The notes beneath the pieces are model-generated. The model was not told the origin of the DNA and did no database searches. It saw only the letters and a list, made by a program, of their open reading frames with translations. DNA of 63,801 nt, the filler included, from Octopus bimaculoides (lineage: Eukaryota), in NCBI RefSeq assembly GCF_001194135.2. It is 5 parts of 4 records of this genome, joined end to end, with 100 filler letters (N's around TTAATTAATTAA, not from the genome) between each part and the next. Parts side by side here need not be neighbours in the genome. Positions count along the whole stretch, not along the records: positions 1 to 12,275 come from NC_068993.1; positions 12,376 to 20,761 come from NC_068981.1; 3 more parts are not named here. One strand, 5' to 3'. Positions 1-12,857 of this stretch are shown one piece after another (positions within the stretch are counted from its first letter, which is position 1; each line of letters opens with the position of its first letter). A program made the translations under genes and the position numbers.

Positions 1-44
<44 letters not shown>

Positions 45-664
45 TTATTTATATAGATATAGATAAATATATACATATATACGTACGTATACACATATAC
101 ACGTACTCACACATACATATACATAGTTTTATATATGAATTTGCATTTGCGTGTAAATGAGTGTGTGTATGTGTGTGTGTGTCTATGTCTGTTTCTCTGT
201 CTGTGTGCGTGTCTGTGTGTGCATGATCGCGTGCGTCAGTGTATGGGCGTATATTTGTGTGTGTACGTCTCTATCCATACGCGTGTATACCTTTAAACAG
301 CGGTCTAAAAATCCTATTTTGTAAATGCAACAGCTTATGCCTTGTCACCTACCGGATCAACAAACACCAACCGCTAAAATAAATAGCAGAACCTATAAAT
401 ACTGCGATCGACACAAATTAATAAAACTCTTAAAGACAAAGCCAGTATGACTACTGTCTAACGCCTGAAACCGGTGCGTGAATATATGTCATCTATGAAA
501 TAACAGCAAAACTGTGAGCTCTAATCTGTAATTTGTTATTCATTCACTTGGTTTATTCAACATATCGGTTCCCATCGAGGGCATTCTCCCTTTGCAATTT
601 GCAGATAGATGTGTTCCATGTGAGAGTTACCTGAAGGAAACGCCTAGATTATTTTATTCCTCCT

Positions 665-672
665 ATAGATAT

Positions 673-725
<53 letters not shown>

Positions 726-778
726 AAGATAGATAGTCAGACAGACATACAGATTGATAGATAGATAGATAGATAGAT
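665..778. repeat. (GATA)n microsatellite
   Basis: Tandem GATA/GACA units read directly. Confidence 0.95.
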
Positions 779-1427
779 TATATTTTCATGAATTATACAT
801 ATATATGATATGATATATAATGCATAATATAGGATTTATATAAATACCATCTTTGTGTACGTGTGCATACACACAGAAAGTCTGTGTAGGGACATACTCC
901 AACAACACTCCTACGCACACATCATATTCTCAAGCATACATACTTTTATGAAATGAAGAGGAGAAATAGATGCAATTGCTTACAAATAGAANNNNNNNNN
1001 NNNNNNNNNNNNNNNNNNNNNNNNNNNNNNNNNNNNNNNNNNNNNNNNNNNNNNNNNNNNNNNNNNNNNNNNNNNNNNNNNNNNNNNNNNNNNNNNNNNN
1101 NNNNNNNNNNNNNNNNNNNNNNNNNNNNNNNNNNNNNNNNNNNNNNNNNNNNNNNNNNNNNNNNNNNNNNNNNNNNNNNNNNNNNNNNNNNNNNNNNNNN
1201 NNNNNNNNNNNNNNNNNNNNNNNNNNNNNNNNNNNNNNNNNNNNNNNNNNNNNNNNNNNNNNNNNNNNNNNNGTGTGTGTGTGACCACTAGAAGCATGAG
1301 ACTTATAAGGCTCATCTTAATTCATCTAATCGAGGCATTTATTCACGGAATACTCTCCAAATAATTAATCGCAATTAAGCAGTGTGCCTTTATATGATTC
1401 TATCCATCTATCACTCTATCTGTCTCT

Positions 1428-1428
<1 letters not shown>

Positions 1429-1502
<74 letters not shown>

Positions 1503-1515
1503 ATTAGCTAGCTAG

Positions 1516-1567
<52 letters not shown>

Positions 1568-1568
1568 T

Positions 1569-1621
<53 letters not shown>

Positions 1622-1759
1622 ATATATATATATATACACACACATACAAATGTATGTATCTATATATGTATATATTTATGCATATGTACATATATAGACA
1701 AACACAGACACACATACACACAAACACATAAATGCACACAAACACATACATACATACAT

Positions 1760-1803
<44 letters not shown>
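1429..1803. repeat. Compound microsatellite (TATC)n-(TC)n-(TA/CA)n
   Basis: Read directly. Confidence 0.95.
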
Positions 1804-1806
<3 letters not shown>

Positions 1807-2145
1807 TTAAGAGAAAGAAAGACTTCTACATATGCATATATTTTATACATGCCACAGCAAAGCTTCTACACATACATACATATACAACCACGTAGACGCA
1901 CACGTGTATATATGTGTGTGTGTGTATGTGTGTGTGTATATATACACACACAGATATAATATATTTATATACACTCATACATGCATACATACATAAATAT
2001 ATATGCATATATGTTTATACATATAATTCATTCATAGAGGTATGTACATCGATGCACATACAAGCAGGCGTACATTTATAAGTAAAGGCAATAAAGTAGA
2101 TAGAGCGCGTTAGGAAGAGGCGTGTAAAGAGGGAGGGAGAGAGTC

Positions 2146-2232
<87 letters not shown>

Positions 2233-3189
2233 NNNNNNNNNNNNNNNNNNNNNNNNNNNNNNNNNNNNNNNNNNNNNNNNNNNNNNNNNNNNNNNNNNNN
2301 NNNNNNNNNNNNNNNNNNNNNNNNNNNNNNNNNNNNNNNNNNNNNNNNNNNNNNNNNNNNNNNNNNNNNNNNNNNNNNNNNNNNNNNNNNNNNNNNNNNN
2401 NNNNNNNNNNNNNNNNNNNNNNNNNNNNNNNNNNNNNNNNNNNNNNNNNNNNNNNNNNNNNNNNNNNNNNNNNNNNNNNNNNNNNNNNNNNNNNNNNNNN
2501 NNNNNNNNNNNNNNNNNNNNNNNNNNNNNNNNNNNNNNNNNNNNNNNNNNNNNNNNNNNNNNNNNNNNNNNNNNNNNNNNNNNNNNNNNNNNNNNNNNNN
2601 NNNNNNNNNNNNNNNNNNNNNNNNNNNNNNNNNNNNNNNNNNNNNNNNNNNNNNNNNNNNNNNNNNNNNNNNNNNNNNNNNNNNNNNNNNNNNNNNNNNN
2701 NNNNNNNNNNNNNNNNNNNNNNNNNNNNNNNNNNNNNNNNNNNNNNNNNNNNNNNNNNNNNNNNNNNNNNNNNNNNNNNNNNNNNNNNNNNNNNNNNNNN
2801 NNNNNNNNNNNNNNNNNNNNNNNNNNNNNNNNNNNNNNNNNNNNNNNNNNNNNNNNNNNNNNNNNNNNNNNNNNNNNNNNNNNNNNNNNNNNNNNNNNNN
2901 NNNNNNNNNNNNNNNNNNNNNNNNNNNNNNNNNNNNNNNNNNNNNNNNNNNNNNNNNNNNNNNNNNNNNNNNNNNNNNNNNNNNNNNNNNNNNNNNNNNN
3001 NNNNNNNNNNNNNNNNNNNNNNNNNNNNNNNNNNNNNNNNNNNNNNNNNNNNNNNNNNNNNNNNNNNNNNNNNNNNNNNNNNNNNNNNNNNNNNNNNNNN
3101 NNNNNNNNNNNNNNNNNNNNNNNNNNNNNNNNATATATATATATATAAATAAATATACGCATATACGTCCACACATGTATATGTGTCTG

Positions 3190-3305
<116 letters not shown>

Positions 3306-4097
3306 CGTGTGTGTGTGTGCGTGTGTGAGTGTGTATAAATGTATATACATACCGGGAGAAAGAGAAAGAGAATTGCCGGAGAGAGAAAAAGATACATAAA
3401 AGATAAAAACTCACTATCTGTTTGTCTATCCCCCTCTGTATATATATCCATATATGTACCCCATACATACATACACACCACACATATATATATATATATA
3501 TACATACATATAAAGAAAACGAGGGAGAGAGAGAGTGAGGTGAGAGGGAGATGGCAAATAGAGAAGGGTTGAAGAAGCGATAGAGATATGCCGCGGAAAT
3601 ACTGAGAAAAAGTGACGTTCACATATATACTGTTAAACAGCGACTTGAGAGAGAGAGAGGGGGAGGAGGTTTGGTAGCTGGAGTTGCGAAAGATTTACAC
3701 ATTCAAAGTGAGAAATATACAGCAGGATATCAAATTGATTAGTTTATGTCCGAATTATCGTTTGAAATCAACAATATATTTGTACGAAATCTAACCGTGT
3801 CGTTCGCTTATTACGTTGCAGCAGAACAAATCTCACAAATATGTTAACATGAGTTCAAGATCGAAATAAGCAACATCAACTTAGTATTGATGCTGTGCAC
3901 TCCAGTGTTTTGATCGGGGCTGATGAGGTTGTTGTTATTGCTGTTATTGTTTAACCCCAGATAAACCCTTATTGCGTTGATCTGCAATCCAAGGCTGGAG
4001 TCCACAACCACCGGGTTGTAGATAATTCCGTCACGGGGCCGTACAGAAAGAATGAATTTTTGCAATTTTGAGTTGTATTATATGTACTGGCTTCACA

Positions 4098-4183
4098 TTT
4101 TGGCACGAAGCCGGTATTTTCTGGGAGGATGGGGATTAATCAATTACATCGACCCCATTGCTCAACTGGTACTTATTTTATCG
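4098..4183 (-). mobile_element. SINE family C, 3' fragment
   Basis: Matches GGCACAAGGCC..ATCGACCCCAGT..TGGTACTTATTTTATCGA seen in copies at 20303, 46137 and 51727. Confidence 0.7.
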
Positions 4184-4405
4184 GAGGTCCTGGCCCGAAT
4201 ACTAGCAACAGAGTAAACTCTGTTAAGAACACTCAGGAACCAGATCGTGGTGTTCAACTGGGCGACGACTCATGTCTGCCACAATTTGTTTCGACAATGA
4301 AACTTGATTAACATTACAAATTAAATTGAGTTATTACAATTTTGATGTAGCAATGTTATGCTGTAATACAGAATACATACATATATACATATATACATAC
4401 ATAGA

Positions 4406-4925
4406 AAACAGACTGTCCTGAAATAAACTTAGAACATCCCTCTGTTATGGAATACATTCATAAACACCAACTCAAGGAATATTGGTGGAATATTCCCATC
4501 AAATCTTCTATCAAATGTAAACATAACAGGCCGGATATTGATGTTTGGGACAGAGGGGCAAACGTATGTACCATCATAGAGGTCAGCTGCCCACCAGATA
4601 CAAATATCTCTTGGAAATCAAAGAAAAAGAGGATATCTCCGGACAGCTGCTTCGAAACCTTTAGCTTCTATATCCAGAATATGAATTCATATTCATACCA
4701 ATAATAATTGGAGCGTTAGGTTTTGTTAATAAATGCTTAAAGGAGAATCTGGATAAATTGGGATTTTCAGAAAGAGAAATCGACCGCCTGATTCGTACAT
4801 TACAAGTGCAATCTGTGAGTGGAACAGTAAAAATATGCGTGACTTATCTCAAGTTCTAAATGTGGATTTGTCTGTGTTAACTGCATCCCAAAGATGGAGC
4901 CTTGTATCTTTGTTGCAAACCGGCA
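4406..4925 (+). mobile_element. 3' end of non-LTR retrotransposon with restriction-like endonuclease (frameshifted)
   Basis: Translation DCPEINLEHPSVMEYIHKHQLKEYWWNIPIK..HNRPDIDVWD..CTIIEVSCPPDTN..(frameshift)..LLYPEYEFIFIPIIIGALGFV..ICVTYLKF*, TAA at 4857-4859. The PD..(D/E)..K pattern is typical of RLE domains. Confidence 0.85.
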
Positions 4926-4966
4926 CATATGCACATACATAGGATGAAAGGCACATATACATATAC

Positions 4967-5116
4967 ACGACCGGCTTCTGCAGTTTCCGTCTATCAGTGT
5001 CACTCATAAGGCTTTGGTCGGCCAGGAGTTAAAGAAGAAGTTACTCTCCGAAGATGCTAGGCAGTGGAATTGAACTAAAAACCACGTGGCTGCAAATCGA
5101 ACTTAAAAATTCGCCA
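4967..5116 (-). mobile_element. SINE family A (tRNA-like head plus core), degenerate
   Basis: Similar to the reverse complement of the 40816 and 61509 copies. Confidence 0.7.
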
Positions 5117-5651
5117 GCAGCCTTGAGGTTGAGTGACAGGGATCTCTTTGTTGGTTTGAGTGTATATGTGATCAGCGACCACAACTGGGATGAGAACTAG
5201 ATATTAAGGATTAAACACCAGGCACCAAAGATCACAAGTGGAGCTATTACGGATTTAAATAGCGCACTTGTCACTGTCTGTCTAAAGATCTAAACATGGT
5301 GTGCAGTCGTCACAATGCATTCCAGAGAAGAGATTGAATTAGTATTGTTCATTTTCGAGCTAAAATTTTCATCTCATCTCTGCATGTGTAATTAATGAAA
5401 GTCCTAGAGGAGTTATCGTTCCTCAGCTTTGATCACATTTAATTAACAATAGTAATTAAATTGATTAATAAATGTCTGGCGCGTTAACAGTGTTTTTGTT
5501 TCAATAATATACTAAACTATACTGAATATATCAATAAATTTTTATCAATAGGTTTCTATACAATTAGTCAAATGGAAAGAGGGGCAAACCTAACGCTTTA
5601 TGATAGTTAGATTTATTGATGAGAGAGTAGGAGGAATGTTTTCTCAAAAGA

Positions 5652-5990
5652 GGGCCTGGCCCGAATGCTGACAACAGTGAACTCCGTTAAGAACACTCAG
5701 GGACCAGATCGTGGTGTACAACTGGGCGACGGATCAAGTCTGCCCCTATTTGCTTCGACAATGGAATTTGATTAACATTATAAATTTAATTGATTTTTAC
5801 AATTTTAATGTAGCAGTGCTATACTGTACTACGGAAGACCTGTCCATCACAGAGTACGTTACCCATTTAGAACCGAGAGGACTGAAATGGAGTGATTTGC
5901 TCGAGAACCTAACATACATATATACATACATAACAAACAGACTGTCCTGAAATAAACTTAGAACATCCCTCTGTTATGGAATACATTCAT
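5652..5990 (+). repeat. Direct repeat of 4186-4461
   Basis: Diverged 5' part; the last 56 nt (5935-5990) are identical to 4406-4461. Confidence 0.85.
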
Positions 5991-6441
5991 GGTCAGAGAA
6001 TAGAAACCACGAACTTATGATTATGAATACAACACTCAAACCACTTGTCCACGCAGCTTCACTTTATATACATACCTATATGTGCGTGTGTATGAATGCA
6101 TGTCATATACATGTGTGTGTGTGTATGTATGTATGTGTATGTATCCATGTATGTATTTCCATACATTTGCATTGCCTAAGAATCTGTAGATATATTCTGG
6201 AGAACAATATAATATTAGCCATAGAGTCGCTGTTTCCCTCTCTTCATTACAACTAATTTTAATTAATTGAAATATTTTTCTCATTACGTTAAGTACTACA
6301 TCATTAAGTGGCAGCCACTCGACTATTGTGCTACATGTGAATGGCGTCCGCCTCACTCATTGTGGACCACGTAATTTGTATATTCAAGCAAAATGGCTTC
6401 CATAAACTTCCTGCGTCGCCGTTCTCTAATATTAGGGTAAG

Positions 6442-6477
<36 letters not shown>

Positions 6478-6711
6478 GTTTCTCTTGTCTAACGCCTAAG
6501 TTTGTCCTGATTGACCCGATCTAAACACATAAGTGTTTTAGACATGACCGTCGTCCACGAATAGTGCATTGCGGACTACACGATCAAATGTTAAAGGAAG
6601 GACTCGGTATTTCGTTTTGCGACCATAATATACTAGCAAAGTATATTAAGGGTTTACGACTCAATATTGTGTCTTACTTTTGTGTTAGCAGTGCGATATT
6701 TTCACTTTTAG

Positions 6712-6842
6712 TTTTTATCCCTATAGATTTTCTAGAGAATTCAGAGCCAGTATGCAAATTATGACGTTTCGTATTCGTATACGAAACGTTGTAACTTGCA
6801 GTGCTTGCTTTGAATTTTCTAGAAAATCTATTGGGATTAAAT
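6712..6842. repeat. Imperfect inverted repeat, about 60-bp arms with a 4-nt loop
   Basis: Centre ACGTTTCGTAT-TCGT-ATACGAAACGT. IPIDFLENS appears in ORFs on both strands. Confidence 0.9.
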
Positions 6843-7653
6843 AGAAAAAGTTATCACGTGTCCATTCTGTTTCTAAGAACAAAATGACTGTAGAACGTGA
6901 TTTGAAGGCGATTTGGTTTCTCTTTCTAACAGGTCGCGTGTCCACGTAGAGGTTCCTCCGTTTGTTGGTTCTACTGTTTCCTTACCAAGAATTTCGTTGC
7001 ATGCTTTTGAAAAAGGACTATAAATAAATGAATAAATAAATAAAAAGAGTTACAGTGCACGTGGTACCCCCACCACCTTTGAAGACATATTTGTTGAAGA
7101 ATTAACGTGGATGTCTTTGGAGGAGGCTTGTTTTATTACTTTGACGTGTACATTAAGCTCATTTTTTCATTTCTTTCCTTTTCAATCATTTTTCAATTTT
7201 GTCAATTTTCATTTTTCATCATTTTTCATTTTTAGCTTTTCGTTTCTCCATCGCTAATTGCTAATTTCCCAATTATCATTTTCTTCTACCTGTTCATTCC
7301 TCCCATCATCCCCCCCCTTAGCATCTCTCGTTTCTTTCCGATAGTACACTTTACTCGCCACCCCTTTCACCTTCCCAACATCTCCTACTAACAGTGTTAC
7401 CCCGTTGTCTGTCTGTTTGTTTGTCCTAGACAACAACTATGCTGCCTGAGATTCACCAACACATTAAACTCAAAATTGTAATTATTGCAAAAAAACCTGA
7501 AAACTTTGGAAAGCAGTTATCATTTGAATTATGCCACAATTATGATTTTAACACCACGTAATTGATAGAAAAAACTGATAGAGTAGGAATACACTAACAT
7601 AGATACACAAAAGTACGCTATACGTGCATATAACTCATGAATACATACATGTA

Positions 7654-8345
7654 CAGTAATCACTCGCCATATCACGGTTCACCTATCGCGCCCTCAGTAC
7701 ATCGCGATTCACCTATCGCGCCCTCATTACATCGCAGTTCATCTATCGCGAACTTAGTACATCGCGGATTCTTCGGGCTAATAAATGTAAATTTATATCG
7801 CGGTCTCTTCAGTATATCGCAGGTTTCAGCGGCCGATAGTATTTATATATTTTTTTAGATTAATTTTATTTCTGTGGTAAAATAAGCATTTTCACGCCTA
7901 AAAAATTAATAGATTAATTAATAAAAATACAGTACAGTACTGCATTGTATAACACATTAATTAAAATATATTAAAAGAAAATACGTAGTGTACCGTCGAT
8001 GAGTAAACAAAGAATCGCGCATACTGGATGGAAAACGAAACACGGGAGGTGAGTGTGGAGTGTTGTTTTGCATTTGTGTGTAAAACCGAATTTATTTCAA
8101 GCTCTACGATGTCACCCAAAGGTTCTGCACCTTTTAAGGCTCCTGGTAATGAATCGAAGCGCCAAATGAAGATGCTTATTAGAGCAGAGAAGGTGAGACG
8201 CCTTGATATGCTTAAGGAAGGGAGAAGGTATGCGGATGTAGGGCGCCAAAAGAGCTTCAGGGCCCCGCCAGATGATTCGTGCGTTGCAGTTCAGAAATGC
8301 ATTCGACGGAGCCATGGAAGTTTATAAAACCTCCTCACACAGAAG
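7654..8345 (+). mobile_element. Tigger/pogo-like DNA transposon, internally deleted, 3' TIR not visible
   Basis: TA then CAGTAATCACTCGCCATATCACGG TIR-like start, with ATCGCG subterminal repeats. MSPKGSAPFKAPGNESKRQMKMLIRAEKVRRLDMLKEGRRYADVGR resembles a CENP-B/psq-type HTH and is joined to a C-terminus-like QMIRALQFRNAFDGAMEVYK. Confidence 0.8.
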
Positions 8346-8387
8346 AAAAGGTTGTGTATGTGTGTGTATGTGTGTGTGTGTGTGTGT

Positions 8388-8437
<50 letters not shown>

Positions 8438-9676
8438 NNNNNNNNNNNNNNNNNNNNNNNNNNNNNNNNNNNNNNNNNNNNNNNNNNNNNNNNNNNNNNN
8501 NNNNNNNNNNNNNNNNNNNNNNNNNNNNNNNNNNNNNNNNNNNNNNNNNNNNNNNNNNNNNNNNNNNNNNNNNNNNNNNNNNNNNNNNNNNNNNNNNNNN
8601 NNNNNNNNNNNNNNNNNNNNNNNNNNNNNNNNNNNNNNNNNNNNNNNNNNNNNNNNNNNNNNNNNNNNNNNNNNNNNNNNNNNNNNNNNNNNNNNNNNNN
8701 NNNNNNNNNNNNNNNNNNNNNNNNNNNNNNNNNNNNNNNNNNNNNNNNNNNNNNNNNNNNNNNNNNNNNNNNNNNNNNNNNNNNNNNNNNNNNNNNNNNN
8801 NNNNNNNNNNNNNNNNNNNNNNNNNNNNNNNNNNNNNNNNNNNNNNNNNNNNNNNNNNNNNNNNNNNNNNNNNNNNNNNNNNNNNNNNNNNNNNNNNNNN
8901 NNNNNNNNNNNNNNNNNNNNNNNNNNNNNNNNNNNNNNNNNNNNATATATATATATATATATATACACATATATATATATGCATATAAATAAATAACTAT
9001 ATAAATGTGTGTGCATAACTATATAAATGTGTATACACACATACAATGAGATAACTATATAAATGGGTGTGCATATGTGTATGTATATATACTTACATAC
9101 ATATAAATAGATATCTATATAAATGTGTGTGTATATATATATGTGTGTGCATACATGCATATCTATATACACATACACAGAGGCATCTTTTCTCTTTGTA
9201 TTTCTGGGTGTGTCTTGTGCGTGTATGCATGTGAATGTGTGTATATATGTGTGTGTGTGTCTGTGTGTAAATGAATGTGGAATTGCGTGCATTTGTGCAT
9301 GGTTCGCCGCCTCTAAGTATCTATTGATGCATGACTGCAGGCATTCATTCAGTTTCTTATATATATATATATATAAATGAATGAACGATCGGATGCGGAT
9401 ACGTATCAGCTCGAGTATGTATATATATATTAATATATATGTGTATGTGTGTGTGTGTGTGTGTGTGTTTGCACGTGTGCATATGTATGTACCTAGTTAT
9501 GTGTTTGTTTTAGTCGATGTGTGGGCGTGTGCTTTCATGCATCGTTACACATTTTCACTCAGAAAGGTCTTTTTTTATTTACTAATGAATGCGTTGGAGC
9601 AGATGCGTGTTTCTGAATTTATCATTTGGTTCTATGCCTGTTGCTTATTTTTCAGTATCTTTTATTGTTGTTGTTG

Positions 9677-9744
<68 letters not shown>

Positions 9745-9789
9745 GTTATTATTATCATCATCATCATTATTATTATTATAAACAAAGGA

Positions 9790-9974
9790 AGCATCGAATG
9801 GCCATACAAAATGCCCTGTGATATTCCGTTAAGTTCCTGTACGTTCTGATGTTCCATTCCTGCCGGAATCAGCTTCCTTTCATCTTTTCAGAGATGATGA
9901 ATGAAGTACCAGTCAAGTAGTGGTAGGGTCGATAGAACCCGTTGGTCCCTCTCTCGAAAATATATGGACTTGAT
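9790..9974 (+). mobile_element. SINE family C, degenerate
   Basis: TACGTTCTGA..CTTTCATCTTTTCAG..AAGTACCAGT..GGGTCGAT aligns to the family C order of motifs. Confidence 0.65.
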
Positions 9975-10256
9975 GTCAATAGAATCCGTTGCGCTTTCCT
10001 TCGAAAACGAATTGACTTGAGGTCGATAGAATTCTCCGTTCCCTCCTTCGAAAACGTAAAGGATTAGGATCGATGAAAACCGTTACACCTCCTCCCGAAA
10101 TTATATGGACTAAAATTCGAAAAAATCCGTTGCTCTCTCCTCCTAAAATGTATCGCCTCGGAATAGGTAGAAGCTGTTGCCCCTCTCTCAAAATATATGG
10201 GTTTTGGGGGCCAATGTTACCAGTTGATGCTTCCTTCGAAATGTACGGGTTGCTCA
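9928..10256 (+). repeat. Degenerate 47-bp tandem array, 7 units
   Basis: Unit starts at 9928, 9975, 10022, 10069, 10116, 10163 and 10210; approximate consensus GTCGATAGAA.CCGTT..CCCTCCTCGAAAATATATGGACTT. Confidence 0.85.
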
Positions 10257-10754
10257 TTTCCTTGAAATATACATATCTTTGGAAGGAAAAGTTAAATACA
10301 TCGCTGTTATACCTTCCGGTGCTTTATAATCTAAATTCAGATCACGTCGAAGTCATCTTTCTTAGATTCGATAAAATCTAAGATTCTAAATTTCTGACTT
10401 TGTACCTGTGTTAGAAATTGTTGTGCTGTCGTTGTTATTACAATCATTGGCGAAATGTGTGGTCGTTCGCTACAAAGATTTGGATTTTTAACAAATTCTT
10501 TTGTTGTGGTTATGCGCAAAACTTTTCACAGGGCCTAAATTTTGCTGTTCTTTTGAGAAATATATGCAAATCTGTACAAATAACCATCGCTCAAATTCTT
10601 TCAACTAACAAAACCCGATTTCATCTTTAAAACCTCATGTGGCGCACATTTCTAGTTATAAAACGTGTGCGCGTGTATATACGTTCATCTTAAAGAAAGC
10701 ATTGATTACAATCTTCAGGAGTGATGAATAAGCATCAATCTAGGGCAGCTGACT

Positions 10755-10870
10755 GGCGAGGTCGACTTTGCCTTTCATTCTTTCTGGGTCTATAAAATCC
10801 TTTATGGGGTCGATGTAATCAACTTACTCTCCTCCCCGAAATTGCTGGCCTTGTGCCAAAATTTGAAAAC
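10755..10870 (+). mobile_element. SINE family C, 3' part
   Basis: CGAGGTCGACTTTGCCTTTCAT..GGGGTCGATGTAATC..CCGAAATTGCTGGCCTTGTGCC. Confidence 0.85.
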
Positions 10871-11637
10871 AATATTTGCGTCTATTTCACAAGTAAAGGA
10901 CTTCTCACATTTTGTGGTCGACTTTCTATGTCTCTTCAGATATTTTCCTTCATTTTTGGTGTTGCTAATTTTATAAGCATAACTACTTTTATGAAAATGG
11001 CAAAACACCCGAAAACAAACGAACAAGATATCAATGTTCACAAAAGGAAAATAAAATATCAAGGAAACCATAAAAAAAAAACGCAAAACAAAACAAAAAC
11101 GGGAACTTAGAATACGCAGATATTCAGAGTGAGTAAAAGGGAAGGAAAACGACCTTTAACAGAAAACAATAACATTGTTCAGAACATTAAAAAATTATGG
11201 TACACAACAACAACAACAGCAACAACTACTGCGGCAACAATAGCACTTGTTCATATATACATAGATTGCCAAGCAGAAGCGCAAAAAAATATGAAGGCTA
11301 TTTTAACAAAAGACTGTAGCGTTGTAAACAATAATTCTTTGAGAACAGTAGCAACAACGACAATAAAGATAGCAAAGCCAACAAAAACAACTTTCGCCTG
11401 CTCTATCTGACGTACATGCGAACATAGCTTCAAACGAAAGTGTTTCTAATCCTGCTCTTACTCCGTCCTTTGCAAAAGTGCTTTTAGCCATATGAACTCT
11501 TGATATGGAATATTTAAGAAAAGGAATAAAATGGTAACATTATGTTACAAAAACTTCTGTGGTTGGAAGAAAAGGATGGTAACTCACATTTAACTCGCTA
11601 AAATCACAAGTGCTTTCTATATGTCCACCAAAGAGTA

Positions 11638-11758
11638 AACGAAAGCTACGCTCTGTATTTCCCCATATGGCATCGCACTCCTTTAACGAAAGCTGCGCTC
11701 ACCGACGCATGGCGTGTTGTCTCTTAGAAAGGAATGCGATGCCATATGGGGAAATACA
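11638..11758. repeat. 31-bp inverted repeat with 16-bp direct repeats
   Basis: Arms 11654-11684 and 11728-11758 with one mismatch. AACGAAAGCT(A/G)CGCTC at 11638 and 11685. Confidence 0.95.
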
Positions 11759-12275
11759 CATTGTTTTCAAACACTGAAGACAGAACGGGAACACTGGATC
11801 CGCTGGCAGGTTCCACATTTACCGATAAAACGATCTCAGGGTATTAGGGAAGGAATATGTGGGACACCATTAAAGGCATCGTTGATATCGTCGAACTTAC
11901 CTCGTGGTCAACTTTCATGACACAAGGATGACCAGTTGGACGACTTGACTTTCACTGTGATGTAATCGGAATGGCTCATACAAAGAATCACATGGATTTG
12001 TATATATTTTCCTAAAGAGAGGCAAAATTTAGGCCCAATGAGAATTTCTGCTGGTCTTCCATACACAATCTTGCCCGGACTTGTGCCTTGAAAGGAACTT
12101 CCTAGGTGCAATCCCATGATCATTTGCGACTGAAGGGGTGGGGGTCTTTACCCATTACTTTACCCATGGCTGTCTCAAATTCTATAGTTTATTCATAAAG
12201 CGTTTAACGTATCTGCTTATTTGAGTTAAGTTACGGCTAACGTTTCTCAGATTCACCGTTAACAACATTCTAGTA

Positions 12276-12375
12276 NNNNNNNNNNNNNNNNNNNNNNNNN
12301 NNNNNNNNNNNNNNNNNNNTTAATTAATTAANNNNNNNNNNNNNNNNNNNNNNNNNNNNNNNNNNNNNNNNNNNN
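12276..12375. other. Artificial assembly spacer N44-TTAATTAATTAA-N44
   Basis: Exactly 100 bp; the palindromic 12-mer gives stop codons in all six frames. Confidence 0.95.
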
Positions 12376-12541
12376 GGTGGTGGTGGTGGTGGTGGATGGT
12401 CGGGGGTGTGACGGCTGTTTATAGTATAGAGCGATCTTAATGGTAAACACTTGGCGGGTAATAAAGTTACAGGCTGTGCGTGAGATAGTTGACTAGGCGC
12501 GAGTGTGTGGTGCTTGTATGCATGTATATATTTATGTACGC

Positions 12542-12579
<38 letters not shown>

Positions 12580-12857
12580 AATTTGTTGTATATCTAATAC
12601 AGCAGATGAATAATATAAACTGTGCATGTAGGTGCTAGTATATGTGTCTGTGCTGGTACGTTTTTATATGTCTGTGTGTGCAAATGTATAGTTGATCTAC
12701 TTGATGTGTTTGTGTGTATATAAAGATAGCTGCTAAGATTGTAATTAATGTTAACTATGTCTAAAGGTGTCGATATGTGTTCTGACTTAGTTGATATGTG
12801 CGCTTGCGTAGGAGCGTAGGAGTGTAGAGATATGTATACATGTATGTAAGTGTGTGT

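Noticed and set aside
9928-10256. CRISPR-like array
   Set aside because: Eukaryotic context, no constant repeat with unique spacers, and the whole unit is homologous to a SINE tail.
11908-12123. Gypsy integrase-like TSPGKIVYGRP
   Set aside because: A single short motif with no supporting domains.
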